From: Candidatus Bathyarchaeota archaeon
Lineage (GTDB): Archaea; Thermoproteota; Bathyarchaeia; Bathyarchaeales; Bathyarchaeaceae
Direction of reading: 5' to 3'
Assembly: GCA_020352535.1 (NCBI GenBank)
Contig: CP070679.1
Coordinates: forward strand, 1,301,016-1,350,744
DNA: 49,729 nt
Shown: one piece after another, positions 24,694 to 35,049 of the stretch
How the letters are laid out: the number at the start of each line of letters is the position of its first letter
Position numbering within the stretch: the stretch's first letter is position 1
Translations under genes and position numbers: made by a program
The notes under the pieces: generated by a model
What the model was told of the DNA's origin: nothing
Seen by the model: the letters and a program-made list of their open reading frames with translations, nothing else
The model's database searches: none

Positions 24694-25490
24694 CAGGCTT
24701 TCACCACGAGCTTTCGGAGTTCTCTGCCTTTCTCACTGGCGATCTTTGCAGCCTCAAGAATTTCTTCGGCTGTGAAGTACCCGACGCCACCTTTTTGTAT
24801 TGCACAGATGTTCTCCTCTTTCTTTGTTGTTATTGTGAGTCGGGCGTCTATGACATGTTCTTCATCAAGTTCAGGATCCACAATGAGATTGTCGTCGATT
24901 TTACCAATTGTGACGGCTATTGGTTGATTTCTTATCGGAAGTTGGGTGTAACCGGGCTTTTTCTCAATCTCGCCATCTTTCACAACATACTTAAACATCT
25001 TTGTGTTGAGCAACGCGGCAAGCGCTGCCATGGCTGAGGCATCGATGAGGTTTCCATCATGGTTCAGAACATATACATCGATGAAGACGATGAAGACCTT
25101 CTCTCCAGGGACTGCACAGAGTTTCTCTACAGCAATTGCCTTTGACTCGCGTATGCCACGGTCAACAACTCTGGCGAGTTCTATGGCTTCTTTGCTTGGA
25201 GGCCCTGGTTCAAAATCCGGAGAGGCTATTGGCGCTAACTCAGCATTTACTGTAAGTACTCCCTCATTGGGAGTGTCAGAGAAAGGTTCACCAATGTCAA
25301 TCTTTATTCCTACAAGTACTTCCGTTTTACCCAAATATATTCGAGCTGAGCCCTCAGCGCTTCCAATTACTCCTGTCTCCAGCTTGATTTCACGGTAGTC
25401 AGCTAGGCCTCTACCGTCAAGTCGCTTTCCGCTGGGCAGCGTTTCAGCTATCTTCTTCCTTTTGACAAGTGGAATTATTGTCGAGGTCAT
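24693..25490 (-). CDS. rrp42: Exosome complex RNase PH-like subunit Rrp42
   Basis: 265 aa. 'GKRLDGRGLADYREIKLETGVIGSAEGSARIYLGKTEVLVGIK' is an RNase PH fold. It sits after rrp41 in the conserved order. Confidence 0.85.
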   Translation of the reverse strand: MTSTIIPLVKRKKIAETLPSGKRLDGRGLADYREIKLETGVIGSAEGSARIYLGKTEVLVGIKIDIGEPFSDTPNEGVLTVNAELAPIASPDFEPGPPSKEAIELARVVDRGIRESKAIAVEKLCAVPGEKVFIVFIDVYVLNHDGNLIDASAMAALAALLNTKMFKYVVKDGEIEKKPGYTQLPIRNQPIAVTIGKIDDNLIVDPELDEEHVIDARLTITTKKEENICAIQKGGVGYFTAEEILEAAKIASEKGRELRKLVVKA

Positions 25491-26236
25491 TATTCTTCTA
25501 CCGCCTGCTTAACAGCGATATGCCTTGTCTTTAAGGCTTCTCTCTGAATCATGTGTATCTGCTGACATCCATTGATGGCAAGGTTCAGCGCTTTCTCGAA
25601 TTCATCAGCTGATAGCTCTCCGTCCATTTGAAGCAGTGTAATGACATTTAAGCTTGGTAATAGTGCAACAGGCAAGTCTGCGTCGCCCATTTTATCCTCA
25701 ACATCCATCAAGTCAAGAACCAATTGGCCACCCACTTTTCCAGCAGCACAAGCTGCAACCAGGTCTCTCATAGGGATTCCAGCATCTGCTAAGGCGACGG
25801 ACGCAGCGGTAATAGCGGCACATCTAGTTCCTCCATTTGCTTCTAGAACCTCAATGAATACATCGAGGGAAGTTCGCGGAAAACGGTCAGTAAAGACTGA
25901 TGGTTCAATCGCCCATGTGATTACTTTGGATAGTTCCTGTTCCCGTCGAGAAGGAGCCGGTGACTTTCGCTCGTCGACGGAAAAAGGTGCCATGTGATAG
26001 CGGCAACGGAGCAATGCGCGGTCTAGCTGAGTTAGATGTCGCGGGTGAACCTCCCTAGGACCATATACACCCACTAGAATTTTGTTTCTGCCCTGTTCGA
26101 TGTAGGCAGAACCATCAGCATTCTCTATTACACCAGCTTTAATCATTATTGACCTTAGCTCATTTGGCTTTCTGCCATCAACTCGAACTCCTTTTTTATC
26201 AATTAGTTTCTTAGTTGTCTTTCTGGGCACTTTCAT
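25490..26236 (-). CDS. rrp41: Exosome complex exonuclease Rrp41
   Basis: '[45 protein letters not shown]' and '[24 protein letters not shown]' are RNase PH active-subunit motifs. Confidence 0.9.
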   Translation of the reverse strand: MKVPRKTTKKLIDKKGVRVDGRKPNELRSIMIKAGVIENADGSAYIEQGRNKILVGVYGPREVHPRHLTQLDRALLRCRYHMAPFSVDERKSPAPSRREQELSKVITWAIEPSVFTDRFPRTSLDVFIEVLEANGGTRCAAITAASVALADAGIPMRDLVAACAAGKVGGQLVLDLMDVEDKMGDADLPVALLPSLNVITLLQMDGELSADEFEKALNLAINGCQQIHMIQREALKTRHIAVKQAVEE

Positions 26237-26924
26237 TACCTCCTTTTTCCTTTTGAATCATTTTAGTTATTCGATCAGTTAAGCCGCTTGTGTGGGCTTC
26301 TGCATCAACCTTGCGGATGGCTCTAATTGCGAGTTGCTCATCTTCAAGCGTCTTTCCACTGACAAGAACCAACCCATTCTGACCAAGCGTTATGTGACAG
26401 CCTGTTTCCCTTTTCAGCATACTGATCATTGAACCTTGTCTGCCTATAAGTCGAGGGATTTTCGAAGGAGTAACTTCAACAATCTGACCTTTTGATATCT
26501 TCCCGAGACTCGGTTCACTAATGGTAAGGAGAGGGTCGCGTGTTCTGCTATAGGATACAACCTTAGCCACGATGAGATCACCTATATTGAAAATAGAGGA
26601 TAGGTCATCTCTTTGTGGCTTGAATGGGCGGTCAAATACGTCTGAGGCTTTGAGCATTGCAGCGTATGGGGCGTTTATGTCCAAGGTCCATCCATTGAAG
26701 CCTACATCCACTACCTTTCCTATGACAATGTCACCTACATAGGGTATATAGAATGACCGCAAGGCAACAACGTGAATAGTCTTTTCTTCAAAGTCGACAA
26801 GTCCGAGTTGAGCCGAAAAGACCTTTTCGTCCTCCTTATAGGCATTCTCACCAGCTGCGTAACCGCCTTCAGCAAGCAGGTCGCCAGGCATAACGAGTTG
26901 TTTATCCTCGAAAAATGTGGGCAT
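26211..26924 (-). CDS. rrp4: Exosome complex RNA-binding subunit Rrp4 (S1 + KH)
   Basis: '[10 protein letters not shown]', S1 region '[33 protein letters not shown]' and KH region '[29 protein letters not shown]'. 26-nt overlap with rrp41. Confidence 0.85.
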   Translation of the reverse strand: MPTFFEDKQLVMPGDLLAEGGYAAGENAYKEDEKVFSAQLGLVDFEEKTIHVVALRSFYIPYVGDIVIGKVVDVGFNGWTLDINAPYAAMLKASDVFDRPFKPQRDDLSSIFNIGDLIVAKVVSYSRTRDPLLTISEPSLGKISKGQIVEVTPSKIPRLIGRQGSMISMLKRETGCHITLGQNGLVLVSGKTLEDEQLAIRAIRKVDAEAHTSGLTDRITKMIQKEKGGNESAQKDN

Positions 26925-26933
26925 GCGTCTACC

Positions 26934-27623
26934 TCATTTAATCTGTTTTACTTCGAGAGCACCCCGAGTGATTTCTCCAACCTTATCCAAGAATGGGCCA
27001 TAAAGCCCTGCTGGCAATTCCACGATTGCGAACCAAGATCCATCTGCCCGCCACTCCTCCCGCCTTATCTGACCAAAGCCTTTGACTGTTCCGTAGGCTT
27101 TGCTCGCATACTCAGGTGGGATATGAACTGATACTGAGATCTTCTCCATCTTGAGAGGTAGGACTGGTCGGAGAAGCCTTATGATTTCTTTGGCCTGCTC
27201 TTCGGCCTCTTTGAATGGGTCAATTGGATAATGAATCTGTTCCATCGCCTGTTCTATGCGTAAAGGCGGGTGTGGGAGGTTCGTCCTAGGATCGACGCTT
27301 TGACGTGATATAAAGGAGATGATTTGTCTGCGCTTATCCTGGGTCATTTGTCGTCGCTGCTCTGTCGTTAACTGCAATGTGCCTTTCTTCAGGATTACAT
27401 CGGCAATTGCAGAGGAGTCTAATGTCTGGAAAACCCGCTGTAAGATATCTTCAGAGGCACGAAGGCCCTTATTGGCATCTGTGAAAATGGTGTCAGCAAT
27501 CAGCACCTTAGAGATTGAAGTAGTCTTACCGAGTCTATAAGAAAGCGCGTGTTGAGGATCAACCAGAATCTCGAAGTGTTCTCCTTCTCTGGTCATGCGA
27601 GCAACTGTGTGGCGTTCGCTCAT
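26934..27623 (-). CDS. SBDS/Sdo1 family ribosome maturation protein
   Basis: 'VARMTREGEHFEILVDP..AL.YR.GK..SISKVL..DTIFTDA.KG.RAS...L..VF.T.D' is an FYSH-domain pattern. It sits between psmA and rrp4. Confidence 0.85.
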   Translation of the reverse strand: MSERHTVARMTREGEHFEILVDPQHALSYRLGKTTSISKVLIADTIFTDANKGLRASEDILQRVFQTLDSSAIADVILKKGTLQLTTEQRRQMTQDKRRQIISFISRQSVDPRTNLPHPPLRIEQAMEQIHYPIDPFKEAEEQAKEIIRLLRPVLPLKMEKISVSVHIPPEYASKAYGTVKGFGQIRREEWRADGSWFAIVELPAGLYGPFLDKVGEITRGALEVKQIK

Positions 27624-28357
27624 GGAGCCCCACTGCCCTTGGGACCCCTCCGATAAGCCTCAATTTCTTCGTCAGTCAGCTCTCTAAGTTTCTTCGTTTT
27701 AGAGGGTACCACAAGTATCTTCACTCTAGTTGGCTGTTCTCTTGCTTCAAGGGCTTTAACCAGACAATTTATGGCGAGCTTGACTGCATCATCAAGTTTC
27801 ATGTTTTCATGATACTCAGTCTTCAATATGTTAACCACAGTCTCGCGACCAACACCTACTGCAACAGCCTTGTAGCCTCTATAGGAGCCGCTTGGATGGG
27901 TGGAAAACAATCTGCTTCCATTTCTATCCACGCCACCAAAAAGAATCGATACTCCAAAAGGTCTTACTCCGGCGTGTTGAGTATACAGCTGTTTCATGTC
28001 TCCGACTCTTTTAGTGATTATCTCAATATCAATCGGCTCATCATACATCAATCGATTGCTTTGCGCGTATACCCTTGCTTGGTCGATAAGAATGCGGGCA
28101 TCAGAGCTCAAGCCAACAATTGCTGCTCCAACATGATCGTCCACCTTGTAGAGTTTCCACGAGAAATTTGGGTCTTCCAACTTGGTCTCGATTGTCTCCT
28201 CTGCTCCTAAAACCACACCTTCAGAGCAGATAATCCCTAAAATGGTTGCCCCTCTGTTCACTGTCTCTACCGCATACTCAACCTGAAAAAGGCGTCCATC
28301 TGGGGAAAACACGGTGATGGCACGATCATAGGCTCCTGGTGCTGCAAACATAGACAA
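27620..28357 (-). CDS. psmA: Proteasome alpha subunit
   Basis: 'YDRAITVFSPDGRLFQVEYAVE' is the alpha-subunit hallmark. It is the first gene of the superoperon and overlaps the SBDS gene by 4 nt. Confidence 0.95.
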   Translation of the reverse strand: MSMFAAPGAYDRAITVFSPDGRLFQVEYAVETVNRGATILGIICSEGVVLGAEETIETKLEDPNFSWKLYKVDDHVGAAIVGLSSDARILIDQARVYAQSNRLMYDEPIDIEIITKRVGDMKQLYTQHAGVRPFGVSILFGGVDRNGSRLFSTHPSGSYRGYKAVAVGVGRETVVNILKTEYHENMKLDDAVKLAINCLVKALEAREQPTRVKILVVPSKTKKLRELTDEEIEAYRRGPKGSGAP

Positions 28358-28516
28358 ATCACATCACCTCATGTTCTGAAACGCATTTTGCCTGTTGTGT
28401 TGTAGAGATGGACCTAAAAAGGCTTTTCGTCAAAGGTAAGAATGTCTAGAGGTGAGAGGGTTGGAAACTCGTAGAGGCTAGGATGCACAGGAGTAGAAGC
28501 ACCAAACTTCAGATTT

Positions 28517-29137
28517 ATGAAACAGCAAATAGTTAAAATACTGAAGGTTTTGAGGATAACCATGAGAACGAGTAGAGGTCTAGAAAGCATGCGTTACGAA
28601 GATTCTTGGAAAGTTTTAGCGGATCTGATTGCTGAGCTACGAAGAAAAGGTGAACCAATCCCTGAGAACATTATGAATGACCTGCGTTCAGCCAAGACAA
28701 TGGTACATATTCTCCAAGCCAATCAATCACATCTCGAGAACGTTGAGAGAATCGAAACATACTTGGGAAATGTTGAATTCTATGCCATCTCTACAACGCA
28801 AGAGAGGTTTGGCGCAGCATTTGTTGAGCAATGGATGAAAAAGCTAGGGAAGGCCAAGGAAAAGATAATGGAAGGAAAAGAAATTAAAGGCGTCTCAAGG
28901 TTTGTCCCAGGGATTCCCCGAGGCAAGTGTTGGGTACGAATAAAACCCTCCCAGGATTTTCCCAAAGAAACAATTCAGAAATTTGCTGAGGAAAACAGAC
29001 TTTCGCACAAGACACAAAGTAATGGATTTGTACTCACCTATGGTAAAGAAGAGAATGTAAAAACCTTCATGGATAAACTAAGGATGCAGCAGAAACAGCT
29101 AAGAAAAAGGAAGCAAAAAGGCAGACCAACTAACTAG
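28517..29137 (+). CDS. Conserved archaeal hypothetical protein (possibly DUF2096-like) with a basic C-terminal tail
   Basis: ORF of 206 aa; internal ATGs at 28562 and 28589 are alternative starts. 'YEDSWKVLADLIAELRRKGEPIPENIMNDLRSAKTMVHIL' resembles a family I only recall vaguely. Tail is 'QQKQLRKRKQKGRPTN'. Confidence 0.45.
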   Translation: MKQQIVKILKVLRITMRTSRGLESMRYEDSWKVLADLIAELRRKGEPIPENIMNDLRSAKTMVHILQANQSHLENVERIETYLGNVEFYAISTTQERFGAAFVEQWMKKLGKAKEKIMEGKEIKGVSRFVPGIPRGKCWVRIKPSQDFPKETIQKFAEENRLSHKTQSNGFVLTYGKEENVKTFMDKLRMQQKQLRKRKQKGRPTN

Positions 29138-30376
29138 TTATGGACTAGAGATGGTTGTCTCCGTCAGCTGCTGCATATTCTTCTTGAACACCGTAGCGAG
29201 CCTTTGGATTCCTACGTCAATCTGTCGTTCGGATGCATACGAGAAATTCACCCTCATGGTATTCTGTCCTTCCCCGTTGCAGTGAAAAGCTGAGCCAATG
29301 ACATAAGCGACTTTGTTTTGAATGGCTATAGGGAACAAAGTATTGGCGCTCATATTCTTCGGCAATTCAACCCACAGGAATAGCCCTCCCTTCGGCTTGG
29401 ACCATTTTACACCCTTAGGCATATATCTGTCTAAGGCCTTCAACATAACATCTAGTTTCCTTCCGTATAACTTTCGGATTTTCTCGATTTGCCTAGGCAA
29501 CAAGCCCCGTCTCAAGTATTCGGCAACCAAGAGCTGCGTAAAGGAAGGAGAACAGAGATCCATACCTTGCTTGGCTACGACCATTCGATCCATCCATTCA
29601 GCGGGAGCCATTATCCAAGCTATCCTCAACCCGGGGCATAGCAGCTTGGAGAAAGTCCCAAGTACTATAACTTGGTCTTGATTGTCCAAGCTGTAAATGG
29701 CGGGAACACTCTTCCCCGCATATCGCAGGTCTCTATAAGGGCTGTCTTCAAGAACTGGAACTTCATATTGATACGCTAGTTCCAGAAGCTTCTTCCGTCT
29801 TTGCAGTGACATTGTGACTCCAGAGGGATTCTGGAAGTCAGGTACGACATAGATGAACTTCAGCTTTCTGCCTTCGCTAACTGAATTGGCTAGTGCCTTC
29901 TCCAGCAGATCTACTTTCATTCCTGCATCATCCTGAGGAACCCCAATCATTCTGGCTCTATAGGCGTTGAAGGCCTGCAAGCCACCAACGTAGGTGGGCA
30001 ATCCTACTATGATAGAGTCCCCTGGGTCCAGGAACACCTTGGATACAATGTCAAGACCCTGCTGCGACCCAACTGTGATTAGGATGTTCTCAGGCTTGAT
30101 AGCAGCTTTCTCCCGGCTCATCCACTTGGCTATCTCCGCTCGTAATGGGGTTTCACCTTCTGTAGGTCCGTACTGTAAGGAGGTGGCACCTTTTTCTTGC
30201 AGAAGGTGGCACGCGATGTCCTCCAATTCATTTACAGGAAATGTCTGAGGATCGGGAAGTCCACCCGCAAAAGAAATAATGCCTGGTCGCCTAGCCAGCT
30301 TGAGGAGCTCTCTGATTTCAGAACGTTTCATGTTAAGGGCAGCTTTAGAGTAGAACGCTGTTAAATCCTCAATCAA
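29138..30376 (-). CDS. PLP-dependent aminotransferase, class I/II (2-aminoadipate/aromatic aminotransferase-like)
   Basis: 412 aa. 'ISFAGGLPDP..FP', 'LQYGPTEG...LR..IA', 'IYVVPDFQNPSG' and the PLP-lysine region 'LGTFSKLLCPGLRIAW'. Its stop abuts the stop of the convergent gene. Confidence 0.85.
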   Translation of the reverse strand: MIEDLTAFYSKAALNMKRSEIRELLKLARRPGIISFAGGLPDPQTFPVNELEDIACHLLQEKGATSLQYGPTEGETPLRAEIAKWMSREKAAIKPENILITVGSQQGLDIVSKVFLDPGDSIIVGLPTYVGGLQAFNAYRARMIGVPQDDAGMKVDLLEKALANSVSEGRKLKFIYVVPDFQNPSGVTMSLQRRKKLLELAYQYEVPVLEDSPYRDLRYAGKSVPAIYSLDNQDQVIVLGTFSKLLCPGLRIAWIMAPAEWMDRMVVAKQGMDLCSPSFTQLLVAEYLRRGLLPRQIEKIRKLYGRKLDVMLKALDRYMPKGVKWSKPKGGLFLWVELPKNMSANTLFPIAIQNKVAYVIGSAFHCNGEGQNTMRVNFSYASERQIDVGIQRLATVFKKNMQQLTETTISSP

Positions 30377-30710
30377 ATCGGAATCTTCTCCCCTATTGTC
30401 TGCTGAGCCCTCATCTGTCCATCAACATTAAAGCAATAGAATATAAGATTTCCGAGGGCGTGTAGAATGAATCGTCAGCTGCTCAAGGAAAGGTTTTCAA
30501 GCTTCATACAGCAAGGGAATTAGCTACACGTGCTACAGACCGCTGCTTTGGTGATGAGGATCTGGTCAATGCTTCATGTTAATCGCGAGATTAATGCTGT
30601 AATATAGAGGTCATCGCGGTTTCTGCATCTCCTTTGTATTGAAAGCTCATTGCCGTGTTTTGACACATTCATGTCAAACACTTAAGGTCATTTGATAGTA
30701 GAGTAGAACA

Positions 30711-30742
30711 AATTTTATTATAGAAGAATTTTATAGAAAGGA
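30711..30742 (+). promoter_or_regulatory. AT-rich TATA-like elements upstream of smc
   Basis: 'aaattttattatagaagaattttatagaaagg' lies 60-90 nt upstream of the smc ATG and is followed by GGAGG-like sequences. Confidence 0.3.
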
Positions 30743-30802
30743 GGACAAGGGTTACGTTGATCCCCGCTGACCTGAGATCTTTGGAGGCGGGCTAGAAGAG
30801 AA

Positions 30803-33800
30803 ATGCCATACATCAAGAAAATTGAGCTGAAAGGCTTCAAATCTTTTGGCCCCAGAACCGCTAGCCTAGTACTAGACAAAGGCTTTACAGCGCTTACTGG
30901 ACCAAATGGAAGTGGAAAGACTAACATCGTGGATGCGGTTCTATTCGGACTCGGGGAGCTGAGTGCTAGAAGACTGCGTGCTGAGAGTTTCGCGAAACTC
31001 ATTTTTCATGGCTCCCCCAAAGCTGGCGTAGAAAAGGCGAAAGCTGCGAAGGTTGTCATCCAATTTGATAATCAAGACCACCGAATACCTGTCGACACGA
31101 GCACAGTTACGATTTCTCGTGAAGTCCATAGGAATGGTCAAAGCATCTACAGATTGAATGGAAGGAGAATCTCGAGATCTCGAATAGTGGAAATGCTGTC
31201 AATGGCGGGAATTAGCCCGACTGGTCATAATATCATTGTCCAAGGAACAATCACGCGAATAGCTGAAGTGTCCCCGCATGACCGAAGAAAGATGATAGAG
31301 GATTTAGTGGGCATTGCTCAGTATGATTCTGAGAAGGCTGAAGCAGAAGAGAAGCTTCGAACTGCTGAAATCTCCATTCGGACGGCTATGGGGCGCATAG
31401 ATGAAGTTCAGAAAAGAGTTGACGATTTAGAAAGAGAACGTAATGAATTACGGCGATGCAATTTTATCCAGCATGAAATCAAACGATTTGAAGCGATGAA
31501 GCTCTCCTATGGAATTTCACAGACTAACATACAAATTGAAGATATATCATCTAGTATTGAAGAGGCCGGTTCCAGAGTTGAGAAGCTTAGGGATTTGAGA
31601 GACCAGCTTAGAACTCGACGTTATGAAATCGCGACTGAGTGGAGAACCCTTAGTTCAGAGGGTGTGGATAAAGGTGGGACACGAGTTCTTGAAGCTCAGA
31701 TTGAGATAGGTGAAATCAAGTCGAAGCTCTCTGAACTAACAGCCAAAATCAACGCTGGAACGGTGAGTCTTGAAGGGTTCAAGAAGATAGAGGAAAATAG
31801 CCTTGAGCGTTTAGAACCCGTCAGAAAGGAAATTTCTGAGGGCCGAAAGAGAATTAAACAGTTAAAACGGTTGCATGACCGGCTATTAAAAGAGCTCACA
31901 TCGAAACAGCTTCAACATAAAGCTATCTCAGATGAAGCAGCAAAGCTTAGGGCAAACCTTGGCGATAATAGCAGGAGAATCAGAAAAGCTGAACAACAAC
32001 TGGATAAGCTCTATCGAAATATGGTAGCCCTCCGAAGCAGTAGTGCCAAGAATCAAGCCGTGGCCAAAGCCCTTGCCAGACGACTAGGCGATCTCCATAC
32101 CCGTAAAGAGAAGTTTGCATCCAGCCTTGAGGAGCTTAAAACATCTTTCGGAGACCTCAAGGATGTAAGAAGCAAACAAGAGAAGCAACTCAAGACTTTA
32201 CAGCGAACTCTAGATCGGAAAAGAATGCAGAAAGAGTCTATGGAAAAGGAAATCATCGAGGCTGGCAAGATTGCAGAGACTGCTAGAGAAGCAGTAGTCG
32301 AGTTTGCGACGCAGCGCAAATTAGCCGAGCGTATTGCAAGAGAGGAGAAAGCACTAAGGAGCATTGAGGAGCTAGGAGAGCTAGGTGTTATACCCGGTAT
32401 ACATGGACGACTTAGAAACCTGATTAAGATAGATCGCGGGTATGAACATGCGATAGAAGCAGCTGCAGCTGGTTGGTTAGACTCTATAGTTGTCGAAAAT
32501 CTTAATGTCGCATTCACGTGCACTGAGACCCTTACACGCCTGAAGTTGGGCAGAATTAAGATAATCCCAATTCAAGAGTCTTCAGACATTAAACCCGTAA
32601 AAGCGCAGAACAGCCGAGATATCGATGGAGCAGCGTTCAGGTTTGTTAAGAGCACAAGACAATATGAACCTGCGATTCTCTTTGTGTTTGGTGATACGCT
32701 AATTACGAGGGATGACAAGGTCGCTCTCTCAATTTCCCGCAGCGGGAACCGAACCGCTACTCTCAGTGGAAACGTGTATGAAACCGGCGGAGGGATTGAA
32801 AGCGGCTACTATAGGGCTCCAATCGATTTCTCCGCAATCATCCCGAGCGAGTCAGCTATCGAGAACCTGAATCAAGCAGTAAGTGCCCTTAAAGACCACC
32901 TCACACGTAGAGAAAGCGATGTAACCGACTTTGAGGACGAAATCGACAGGAACCAACTGGAGTCAACTCGACTAACCGGAGCCATACACACGCTTGAGAA
33001 CGAAATTCATAGAATACAGAAGAGCATCAAATCTACTAAGCGTAACGTGAGACGCATCGATAAATATATCCAAAACGTACAGAAGCGCCTGGAGAGAGAG
33101 AAAGCTCAGAGAGACCTTCAGAGAGCAGAACGCAGCATTACCCAGAAGGAGATACAGAAACTACGTAATGAATTGGCTGATTTGCGGCGGAAGGTAGATT
33201 TATCCAAGATACAGGAGATGGAAATCCAGAAGGAAGGGCTAGAAGAGGAGATCATCAAGTGGCGGCAAAATCTTGGCACTACCGAAACGGAGCTATCAAC
33301 GCTCCAGTCCAAGCTAGATAAGGTTCTCAAGATTAGTGCCGACAACATAAGAGTCCACCTTCGAAAGGCAAAACATCAATTCTCTGTTGTGAACAAGGAG
33401 ATTGTAGGGGTATTAGAGCAGAAGGAGACACTCGAGAAGCGGCTGACTGAACTAGAGAAATCAAAAGATGATTTATCTCGATCAGTTCTGACTGCCAGAG
33501 AGGAGTCAAATAAATTCGCATCTCAGATTGATTCCATTGACAAGAAACTGCGTCAACACGAAGAAGAGCATGACCGCGCTGACCAACTTTTCAACAAGCT
33601 TCAGCTGAAACTTAAGACGCTGCAACTACAGCTAGAACAATATACAAATCGACTAGGGGAATCAGGCTACGAGAAACCTCTGAATGTGCCACCAGAGCAG
33701 CTTGAGCTGGCTGAATCGACAGTAAAACTAATGCGATTTGAGCTGGAAAGACTTGGAGCTGTGAACCAGCTGGCTTTATCTCACTATGCCGACCAAGCAT

Positions 33801-34351
33801 CTCGTTACAAGGAACTTTCTGTTCGCATGAACGAGTTAGAACGGGAAAAACAGGCCATACTTGAGTTTATGGATGAGATTGAACAAAAGAAACGCAAGGT
33901 CTTCCTGAAGGCTTTCAACCAGGTAAACGAGAATATTGGTCGGTTCTTCTCTAAACTTACAGGAGGTGGTGAGGCAGCGCTTAGACTTGAAAAGGCAGAA
34001 GAACCGCTGGCTGGTGGAATAGATATGGTTGTGCAGTTTCCGGCGAAACCACCCATTCTTGTGAGTGGAGCCAGTAGCGGAGAGAGATCGGTCGCAGCAG
34101 TTGCCTTCATATTCGCTATACAAGATTTTCTACCTGCCACCTTTTACTTATTCGATGAAGTTGATGCCCATCTGGATGCACTTCACGTGGAGAAGCTGGG
34201 GGCACTTCTATCTGAGGAGACAAGTAATTCACAATCTCTGATTGTCACTCTAAAACCTGAAATGGTCAGCAAGGCGCGAAGGATTTATGGTGTGTACGAA
34301 CGCAAAGGAGTTTCGCACGTGGTTTCCACCACGTTCAAGGGGGCGGCCTAG
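30803..34351 (+). CDS. smc: Canonical chromosome segregation ATPase SMC (1182 aa)
   Basis: 'YIKKIELKGFKSFG......L.....FTALTGPNGSGKTNIVDA', hinge 'GIHGRLRNLIKIDRGYEHAIEAAAAGWL', signature 'SGASSGERSVAAVAFIFAIQ' and Walker B 'FYLFDEVDAHLD'. Confidence 0.95.
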   Translation: MPYIKKIELKGFKSFGPRTASLVLDKGFTALTGPNGSGKTNIVDAVLFGLGELSARRLRAESFAKLIFHGSPKAGVEKAKAAKVVIQFDNQDHRIPVDTSTVTISREVHRNGQSIYRLNGRRISRSRIVEMLSMAGISPTGHNIIVQGTITRIAEVSPHDRRKMIEDLVGIAQYDSEKAEAEEKLRTAEISIRTAMGRIDEVQKRVDDLERERNELRRCNFIQHEIKRFEAMKLSYGISQTNIQIEDISSSIEEAGSRVEKLRDLRDQLRTRRYEIATEWRTLSSEGVDKGGTRVLEAQIEIGEIKSKLSELTAKINAGTVSLEGFKKIEENSLERLEPVRKEISEGRKRIKQLKRLHDRLLKELTSKQLQHKAISDEAAKLRANLGDNSRRIRKAEQQLDKLYRNMVALRSSSAKNQAVAKALARRLGDLHTRKEKFASSLEELKTSFGDLKDVRSKQEKQLKTLQRTLDRKRMQKESMEKEIIEAGKIAETAREAVVEFATQRKLAERIAREEKALRSIEELGELGVIPGIHGRLRNLIKIDRGYEHAIEAAAAGWLDSIVVENLNVAFTCTETLTRLKLGRIKIIPIQESSDIKPVKAQNSRDIDGAAFRFVKSTRQYEPAILFVFGDTLITRDDKVALSISRSGNRTATLSGNVYETGGGIESGYYRAPIDFSAIIPSESAIENLNQAVSALKDHLTRRESDVTDFEDEIDRNQLESTRLTGAIHTLENEIHRIQKSIKSTKRNVRRIDKYIQNVQKRLEREKAQRDLQRAERSITQKEIQKLRNELADLRRKVDLSKIQEMEIQKEGLEEEIIKWRQNLGTTETELSTLQSKLDKVLKISADNIRVHLRKAKHQFSVVNKEIVGVLEQKETLEKRLTELEKSKDDLSRSVLTAREESNKFASQIDSIDKKLRQHEEEHDRADQLFNKLQLKLKTLQLQLEQYTNRLGESGYEKPLNVPPEQLELAESTVKLMRFELERLGAVNQLALSHYADQASRYKELSVRMNELEREKQAILEFMDEIEQKKRKVFLKAFNQVNENIGRFFSKLTGGGEAALRLEKAEEPLAGGIDMVVQFPAKPPILVSGASSGERSVAAVAFIFAIQDFLPATFYLFDEVDAHLDALHVEKLGALLSEETSNSQSLIVTLKPEMVSKARRIYGVYERKGVSHVVSTTFKGAA

Positions 34352-35049
34352 TGTCAGCGTCCACTGAGAAGCCTTTCTACTTTCAGCCCCCACTAAACCT
34401 CCTTTTTGAACTCGATAAACTTCACAAGATAATGCCTTGGGATATCAGTATCTCATTTCTTCTCAACTCCTTTCTAGACGAAATGAAAAATCGCGGCGAG
34501 ATTGACTTTAGAGCATCAGGAGTAGCGCTTGACTCTTCAGCTACAATATACCTTATGAAGACCAAACTTCTAATGAAGCTTGAGGAGCCTCCGCCTCCTG
34601 CCAAACCACCGCCAGACTTTCTGCCTCCACCTTTGTTTCTTCCCCTTCGCTACGAGCTGACTTCCACAACAATGCAGCACCTGTTGACAGTACTAGATGA
34701 GGTTCTCAAGGGTGAAAGCCTTTTCAGGTTGAAACCACGTTCAGAGCCCATACTACCGTCTCCTCCTGACCTTCTTCCCCCAGTCGACCTCTATATGATG
34801 GAAATCGAAGAGAGGATGAGAATCCTGCAAAATCTTCTGCGAGAGCTTGCAGGGAGTGGAGAATTGTTATATTTCTCAAGAGTGGTCTCAGGGTTGGAGA
34901 AGCTGGAAGCAGTTAGGACATTCATCACACTCCTCTTCCTGGCGCAAACAGGTGAGGTTAGCCTGTGGCAGGAAGAAGACTCGAGTGAAATCTGTATAAC
35001 TTTACCTGAGGGATCTGCGGTTGGCAGAGATCGAGCTGGAATCGTCTAA
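34351..35049 (+). CDS. scpA: Segregation and condensation protein A (kleisin)
   Basis: GTG start overlaps the smc stop by 1 nt (taGtg). ScpA-like N-terminal helix region and C-terminal WH 'LEAVRTFITLLFLAQTGEVSLWQEE'. Proline-rich linkers 'EEPPPPAKPPPDFLPPPLFLP'. Confidence 0.8.
   Translation: MSASTEKPFYFQPPLNLLFELDKLHKIMPWDISISFLLNSFLDEMKNRGEIDFRASGVALDSSATIYLMKTKLLMKLEEPPPPAKPPPDFLPPPLFLPLRYELTSTTMQHLLTVLDEVLKGESLFRLKPRSEPILPSPPDLLPPVDLYMMEIEERMRILQNLLRELAGSGELLYFSRVVSGLEKLEAVRTFITLLFLAQTGEVSLWQEEDSSEICITLPEGSAVGRDRAGIV

Noticed and set aside
32053-34140. Several 60-156-aa minus-strand ORFs inside smc (32053-32523, 33118-33348, 33805-34140 and others)
   Set aside because: They are antisense shadows of a long coiled-coil gene. 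Repetitive GAA/GAG/AAG codons give open Ser/Leu/Phe-rich frames on the opposite strand. There are no motifs and no start context.
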